DNA from: Flectonema sp. DT1601
Taxonomy: Eukaryota
Assembly: GCA_964019425.1 (NCBI GenBank)
Contig: OZ025786.1
Coordinates: forward strand, 806,001-870,000
Direction of reading: 5' to 3'
Length of the DNA: 64,000 nt
Both the position numbers and the translations under genes were made by a program. Of the stretch, positions 57,185 to 64,000 are shown one piece after another (position 1 is the stretch's first letter; each line of letters starts with the position of its first letter). The notes beneath the pieces were generated by a model that had not been told where the DNA came from, searched no databases, and saw only the letters and a program-made list of their open reading frames with translations.

Positions 57185-58378
57185 TCACTTAAAAGAGGGG
57201 TCTTCCGTGGCACCCATGCTTAGATATAAACTAACAATATAAACACATACTAAGAAAGCACCTATCAATGTTGCTGCAGTGAGCGATGTACAACTTGAGG
57301 CAGTAGATTGAGAAGCGTCTTCCGTCTCTGATATTTGATGAGACAATTCTGCGATTTGTTTTTTTAGAATGACAAGCTCTTCGTCTACTGCTGAAGGACC
57401 TCGACCACTTTTTAAGACTTCCATGGCTCTACTTTGATTAATTTCAGATGCCTCGCTATACAATTGAACAAGTGGTGGTACTGGTAGAGCTGATGGTGAT
57501 GAGATAGGCTGCTTTCGTGGAGTTACTTCTCTTGTGCGAGGAGTAGATTTTGATTCTACCAAACGTTCTTCAGCAAGTCTTAGTCTTTCTCTCAAGATTG
57601 ATGATTCAGAGCGAAGAGCTTCTAATGTGATTGCGTCTTCTTGTTTTGTCTCCAGTCTAACTTGCATTGATCTAGCTGATAATGTCTTCTCACTTAGTTG
57701 TTGTGTTAATTCAGTTACTTTTGATTCGAGACGATGAACCTCTCTTTGAGAGTTCTCTAAGACTGTTGTTTGGTAAACTGTGTTCTGAAGTTTACTGCGA
57801 AGCTCTTCGACTTCTGAGTGAGCGTCTTGATGGCTTCTGTGACGGAATTTTTCTTTTTCAAAATCGAGGGCGTGGTTACGAGCTCTCTCCTGATCAAGAA
57901 GTGCCTGTAGTTCAACAACTTTTCTATCTGAAGGAACACCTGAAGAGTTTAAAGAATTCGATAAAGAGTGACCCCGTCTCGGTGAAGTTGGTGAAGGTGA
58001 ATCCAAAAGAGGAGGAGCTATATTCTTTGCCTTGATTCGAGCACGTAAATCTTCTGTTTCAGAATTCACTGATTGGAATCTTGGTGAGATTGAATACGCT
58101 CCCCTTGATCCTGATCTCCTTCCTGGAGACCCAGTCCGTGAACTAATCCGTGGTGAACGCATTCCATCAGAAAGTGGTGATCCAGTGTACAGACCTTGTC
58201 TTGCAGCTTCAATACTTGCTTCTATTTCCCTTTGCTTCTTTCTTGACTTATCGAAATCCTTCATTTCTCGAATCATCAGCTTCCCTCTTCTTTCTTCAAG
58301 AGCCAGATCCTCTCTGCCTTGTCTCTCATTTCTGAACAAGACGTGGTTTCGGTTCAATCCCTCTGTCGCAATGACCAT
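57185..58378 (-). CDS. Coiled-coil tail-anchored protein; 5' end uncertain
   Basis: Long heptad region and C-terminal TM (LTAATLIGAFLVCVYIVSLYL). Start placed at MVIATEG just after a TAG acceptor; the upstream poly-K part of the ORF looks non-coding. Confidence 0.7.
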   Translation of the reverse strand: MVIATEGLNRNHVLFRNERQGREDLALEERRGKLMIREMKDFDKSRKKQREIEASIEAARQGLYTGSPLSDGMRSPRISSRTGSPGRRSGSRGAYSISPRFQSVNSETEDLRARIKAKNIAPPLLDSPSPTSPRRGHSLSNSLNSSGVPSDRKVVELQALLDQERARNHALDFEKEKFRHRSHQDAHSEVEELRSKLQNTVYQTTVLENSQREVHRLESKVTELTQQLSEKTLSARSMQVRLETKQEDAITLEALRSESSILRERLRLAEERLVESKSTPRTREVTPRKQPISSPSALPVPPLVQLYSEASEINQSRAMEVLKSGRGPSAVDEELVILKKQIAELSHQISETEDASQSTASSCTSLTAATLIGAFLVCVYIVSLYLSMGATEDPSFK

Positions 58379-61244
58379 CCTATAGTATTGGTTGTTAATA
58401 GCGGTATTAATGATTTGACGATGGTTCGGTGTTCTCGGTGTGGATTTCTCTTTCTCCTTTTTTTTTTTTTTTTTTTTTGTTCTCCTGTTTGAAAAATAAA
58501 TGGGAAATTCATTACTAGCAGGAAAGACGAACTTCTGCGAAAGCATTCGACAAGAATGTCTTCATTAATCAAGAACGAGAGTGTGGGGATCGAAGATGAT
58601 CAGATACCGTCGTAGTCCACTACTGTAAACGATGCCGTCTCAGGATCGAGAGATGCAGCTCATCAGTAAAATCAAAACAATCACATTTTAAATATGTTCC
58701 TGAGTGAGAAATTAACATTACGTTTATTTGTAATTAACTTCTTATCGTTATGTTTCTTTTTCTCTTTTTTCTTTTTTTTTTTGTTCTCTTTTGATACTCG
58801 AATAAGAAAGAAGGAAAGGGAAAAAAAAAAGAAAAAAAAAAGAACGATGCTACAATAAATTGCAGAACAAGTCACTACTTGGCGTCACCCTTATCAGAAA
58901 CAGTGAGCAAATGATGGGGGTAATCGGCTTGTTATAGTGTTGTCTTGATTTCCTGTCCAATTATGAAGGAGAAAAAAATGAATACAAAACTGACAGCTCC
59001 GCACCTTATGGTCGATAGCAGTTTTGATTTTCGCACAGTTTTCCCAAAAACTGTTGAAGAAAAAGGGAACTGAAAAAAAAGAAAACTTAATTCCCAAAAA
59101 AACAAAAATAAATAAGTAAGTAAATCACTTTAACCGTAGCTATGACATGTTGTGATGTTGTAAATTAGAACCGAAAACAAACAACATGAATGTGTTGTAA
59201 TCTTTCGCTTATCTAAATCTGATCGCTGGAGGGACAACGTAATCAGTTTATTAGTTTCTATTGCAATTAAGCAATCTTTTGGGGGAAAAAATTATTGAAG
59301 ATTCATTTGCTTAAAAGGAGTGAGGAAAGTCCGCTAATTTTGTACCTAAAATCGGTCGTTTGCGTGTGTGGCTAGGACTGGAGGGATAACTTCAAATACC
59401 CGTGTGATTATTATTTTTGTGTGCATCATAGAACTTCAGCTTTTTTTTTTTTTGCAACTCTTAAAAAGGGGTTGGGTAAATTGATACTGTATTATCAAGC
59501 TTAAAGGAATAATAATCTCTCAGACAATCTTGTGGGGTAACATACTTCATTATTAAAAGCTCGGGGGGGGGGGGGACTTGGATGAAATGTAGCACCGTGC
59601 TATGCTGTTAAACACACTAATTTTAGTTTTTTTCTACATCACAGAGTTAGAACAGTATGAGTAGTAGTTAGGAGAGATGGAAGCTGCTTTTCTCAGCATC
59701 ACCACGAAAGTGAAACAGCAATCGAAAAGAGAAGCAAGAGTTGAAGGCTAGGGTTCACACTAATTACTAATTACCTGAGTAGCAATATCAATATCAATGT
59801 GAACCCGAGAACGTTATTCCATCCCGAGTGTTTGTTGGGATTGAAACTATTCGAACTACGTTTTGGGATTCTACTTCGTTGGCCGGTACATTTAAATACT
59901 GAAATGCAAAAATGGGAAGAGGAAAGAAAGAAAATAAACTACAACCTAAACCTCGTACCGAGCACGTGATAACCAAAACTTGAGAGAGTCAGCCAGTAGG
60001 AACACATCTCTCACTGAAATATGACACCACGTTACATAGTTACTCTCGGACAGGTGTACAACAGCTTGCTATCTTTGCTAATGATTTCGAGATTTTAGTC
60101 CGCACATGAGTAATTCTCACAGCGACAGAGGACCCAAATCTTAAAGGCTATTTTTAAACCAACAAACAAACAAAAAAAAAATGAGAGGAGAAAGGCTAGA
60201 TAGAAGATAGTTTGGTAAGTTAGTTTTGGGTTTATAAACACGTGCGTTGAATACAATAAAAGGGGGAGAGTTCTAAATGGGGTACAGGAACACATCATGT
60301 GCAGCAGGCAACACAGCTCGGTTTTCAAAGTAGATTTCACTCTTTTTTGACTCTTTTTTTCAGAGGCTAATCTACAGTGCTTTAACTTTGAAATCACACA
60401 CATTTTGTTTTCCAAAAGAATCCCTCTCAAGAAAAGAACAAAAAATGTTAGCCGAGTCCAAAAGGACACTAAGTACCAGTTAGGTGAGACGCTGGTTCTC
60501 TTCAGATCCTCATAGTAGCACGTTGCCAACAATTTAAAAAAAAAAAATAAAATAAAAAAAAAACGGAACAGAAAACTTGCCCCCTACAGAGTGCTCAGCA
60601 GGAAACAAGCGGCAAGAGGAATTGCAATGTAAGTCGCCGAAACAACTATTAAATGATTGAGTATGAAGCATTACAAAAGTTCTAACTATTTACTCGAAGA
60701 GAGGACAGAGTGAGGGCAATTTGCATGCATGACACAATTGAGTGTATAAAAAGGAAACATTATTCAAATCAGCGCAATAATGATGATTAGAAAAACAACG
60801 AAGATCTTGTTCTCATTTAAGGTATGAAGAAGAACAAAAAAAAAAAAAGAAAAAGAATTATTAGTAGCAACATTCCTTGCCATGGCCCATCAGCTAACAT
60901 TCATGAATTATTTATTCATGTACGAAGCCTAGGAAGCCAAAAATCAGAAAAAGCTCACAAGGGTAACAGTTAGATAGCTACCAACCAACTGTGAGACTCT
61001 CACGATGCGTGGGGGAAAAAACAAAAGAAGAAAAAAAAGAAGAGGAAGAATGTAATTTTTTATTATTTTTTTATTATTCTTTTTTCCCCCCCTTCCTCCA
61101 AACTGTTTTCATGCACAATCCACAGAAGTTTTCAATGAAGCTACGAAAACAAATTTGAATAAAGAGAGGAAAAAATAGGCTCCGAAGTAGTATTCAACGG
61201 AACAAAGCAACCTATTAATAGGGTAATTATGGTCGAAGGAAATA

Positions 61245-62911
61245 AGACGCAGACAGACGAATCTCCATCAGGCGTCTAAAAAGGAAAAACACAAACAAAT
61301 ACAAATATCGAACCGGCTCTGTATTATTATTGATTTGATAAATTAGAAAAGGTGGCATGATACACTTGACAGAAGAATCTCCATCACGTGCTGGTCCCGA
61401 AGAAGAACTCCGCGGGACAATTAAGTTTACTTAAAATTTTGCTTTTTTATGAATCTGAAAGAACGGGAAAAAAAAATTGCAATCCTTCATCTGCAGCTAT
61501 TCTATTGAGAAACTCCACAGAATAGTAACAACCCACCCCGAAGAAGATCTCCACGGGGGAAATACCAATTGTAGTGTACCAGTCCCAAAGATGAACTCCA
61601 AGGGACACATCGTCGATTCTACACAAATAATGTCATCCCAAAGAGAAACTCCACGGGATGACAACTCCCTACTGCGCACCTTAATGTAGCACAGCGAGAT
61701 ATGTCACTTTATCACTCACGGCCATCCTAAAGAAGAACTCCGCGAGATGACCGTAAATAAGAATGCAAGAATGACAACTCAAGAGATCGAAGAAAAAAAA
61801 AAAAAAAAACATCATCTGTCCCATTTCATATCTGCTACTTAGCTCGCTACTTTCTTATGATGCCCTTACAAAAAGAAGGTTCAGTAGGACAAAGAGCTGG
61901 GCACTGAGCACATGAATTTCATCAAACAGACGGAAGGGAAAAAAAAAAAAAAAAAAAGAACAACTTACAGTCCAATAGAAGAACTCCACAGGACAGATAT
62001 TACTTTGACGGTGCTTTCCCTAAAGAGATACTCCAAAGGAAAGCAACGAGTCAGTTGGTACATAAATCCGTTTTGAGAAGCTGAATGATATGTCGTTTGC
62101 ATCCCAAAGAAAAACTCCACGGGTGTGATAAACGTCAGACCTAAACTAATCAAAAAGGGACAGATGCGTATCGTAGATGATCAAATATAAGTTGTAAGTT
62201 CTGTTCCATCCCAAAGAGAAACTCCACGGGATAGGCAACGAACCTGTCTGGCAATAATCAGAATTAAGGAAGCAAAAAAAAAAAAAAAAAAACTAAAAAC
62301 TAAATAAATAAATAATTATACAGAGCCGACGCAATCGCTCGCTGAATTGTTTTTTTTTTTTTTTTTTTGAACTTTTCATCCCAAAGAAGAACTCCACGGG
62401 AATAAGCTCACAAGCAAGATTTATTTTTTCTATTCTAAATTCAACACAAGATACTTGCGAGTATTTATGAGAGGAAGAAAAGAAAAAAAGGGAAAAGTGA
62501 GGGCGAATTTTTTTTTTTTTTGATTGTGCAGAAGAATCTCTGCTCCCGAATTCCAAGGAAATATTTTACCTGTTGTCAAATTATGTACATTTCAATCTAT
62601 TTGAGAAATTGCCAAACGGAGAGTCTTTTTTTTTTTTAATATCGAAGGCTTTAAAAAATCAGAACATACCAGTATGTCAGCGAGAGGTTCGTTCGACATG
62701 AACTGGGTCTGTCAAGCACAACTTCAACGAAAAAAAAGAATACACCCCCCAGGAACGCTACGACGTTCGTTATGTATATATCGTTGAAAAGACAAGAAAA
62801 AAATCCAAGAAGAAAGGATGAGTGCGATTTATATTTTAGTTAGTAGCTTATAAATCGACTCATAAAAACACCGTCGGCGATATTCCATACCGAAGAACTC
62901 GGTATAGAATA
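61245..62911 (-). ncRNA. Array of ~16 related RNA stem-loops (3' UTR element cluster or structured lncRNA)
   Basis: Conserved core AAAGAAGAACTCCAC (minus strand GUGGAGUUCUUCUUU) flanked in each copy by different but complementary stems. Confidence 0.75.
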
Positions 62912-63015
62912 TGCATTTAAGTAGGAAATAATATAATAAATGATTGTAGAGAATCACACAGACAGACTGATGATGATGAATAAGATAACGTTCATCATCT
63001 TCTGTTGGTGTTGTT

Positions 63016-63315
63016 CTATTCTGATGAGCAGTCAGACGTAGACGATGAATCATCCAATTCAAATCTAACTCTTTGGGTAATCGTAATCACTTCTTCTCCT
63101 CTTGTTCTTACAACTACTCTCTCAGTTGGAATAACTGGGTTTAATCCCTTTAAAGGGACTGCTCTCTTCTTTATCTTCTTGGTTCTTGGCTTCATCGATT
63201 TTGGATTCCTCGAAGACAAATATCTGTTCATAAGTTCATCGACTTCTGTTTCCATATTACCTTTGCCCTTACTCTGGGACAAGAAACACTGGTGGCTTGA
63301 TGATGTAGCACCCAT
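63016..63315 (-). CDS. Small basic protein with an N-myristoylation-like start (MGATSS)
   Basis: 99 aa from ATG at 63315 in an A-rich context. MGxxxS motif, basic middle and acidic Ser-rich end. Confidence 0.6.
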   Translation of the reverse strand: MGATSSSHQCFLSQSKGKGNMETEVDELMNRYLSSRNPKSMKPRTKKIKKRAVPLKGLNPVIPTERVVVRTRGEEVITITQRVRFELDDSSSTSDCSSE

Positions 63316-64000
63316 TTGTTTTTGTTTTTTTTTATGTGTGTTTTTGAAAAACTTATAAAAATAGAGGGGGTGAAACTTTGACAATGTGAAAACAGTAACA
63401 ACTTTAGATATTAAAGAAAAAACAAAATTAATATCAAGTACTTGACTGAAAAATATTTGTAGTTGTTAATCAAAGAAAATTACCTTTAGAAAAAAGAGAA
63501 GATAAAAAAGAAAAAATATAAAGAGATAATAACTACATTTTTTTGTCTTATTGACCAGAAAACGTTGTCGAATTTGAAAAACTTATAAAAATAGAGGGGG
63601 TAACTTGATACTAATATTAAATGGAAAGCAACTTGAAACTGGCAAAAACGGGAGGGGGGGAAAAAAAAGGATATTATTATACCAAACTATTAACGAACCA
63701 TGTCGACTATATTGATCAGCTCTGTATAGATATTGAGGTACTATTAATTTTAGAACAAAAAAAGTGAGAATATGAAAAGTAGAGATTAGTAAAAGAAAAG
63801 TATTCATTTCCACAGTTTCCTAACATCAAAAGGGTAATAGAATATGTAGTTTCAGGAGCCTTAATCTTATACTACTTGTCCCTTTTTAGGCCTTCATCAG
63901 TAAGTTCTAAGGGACTTCATTCTATGTTGAAGTTGCTATTGTTCTGAGATAAAAATCCATCAGGGTTCATATTGATAAGTTCCTGTACAGATTTTGAGTT

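Noticed and set aside
61245..62911. CRISPR array interpretation of the hairpin repeats
   Set aside because: Spacing is very irregular (a few bp to over 300 bp), stems differ between copies, there are no cas genes, and the context is eukaryotic.
63917..64000. Possible 3' end of a further minus-strand CDS (…INMNPDGFLSQNNSNFNIE*)
   Set aside because: Only ~27 codons fall inside the window, too few to support a call.

Overview
This is AT-rich eukaryotic nuclear DNA, most likely from an intron-containing euglenozoan such as a diplonemid. That assignment is an inference: all ~22 host genes lie on the minus strand, short GT-AG introns are present, and there is a homologue of trypanosomatid cytochrome c oxidase subunit V. 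Housekeeping genes include a J-domain protein, an actin-related protein, a 2OG-Fe(II) oxygenase, an F-box protein, an SPB4/DDX55 helicase, and NIF and Siw14-type phosphatases. A decayed piggyBac transposon retains its TIRs and TTAA duplication, and a SINE-like repeat family is dispersed across the window. Three features stand out. (1) An array of about 16 hairpins (61245-62911) has a conserved GGAG-containing apex and covarying stems. (2) Four tandem RCC1/BLIP-II-propeller receptor tyrosine-kinase-like genes have homogenised non-RD kinase domains, loop-focused ectodomain variation and one kinase-less copy. (3) A DNA ligase III is fused to an ALC1-type macro domain and two XRCC1-like BRCT domains. 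All family assignments come from motif recognition by eye; no database searches were run.
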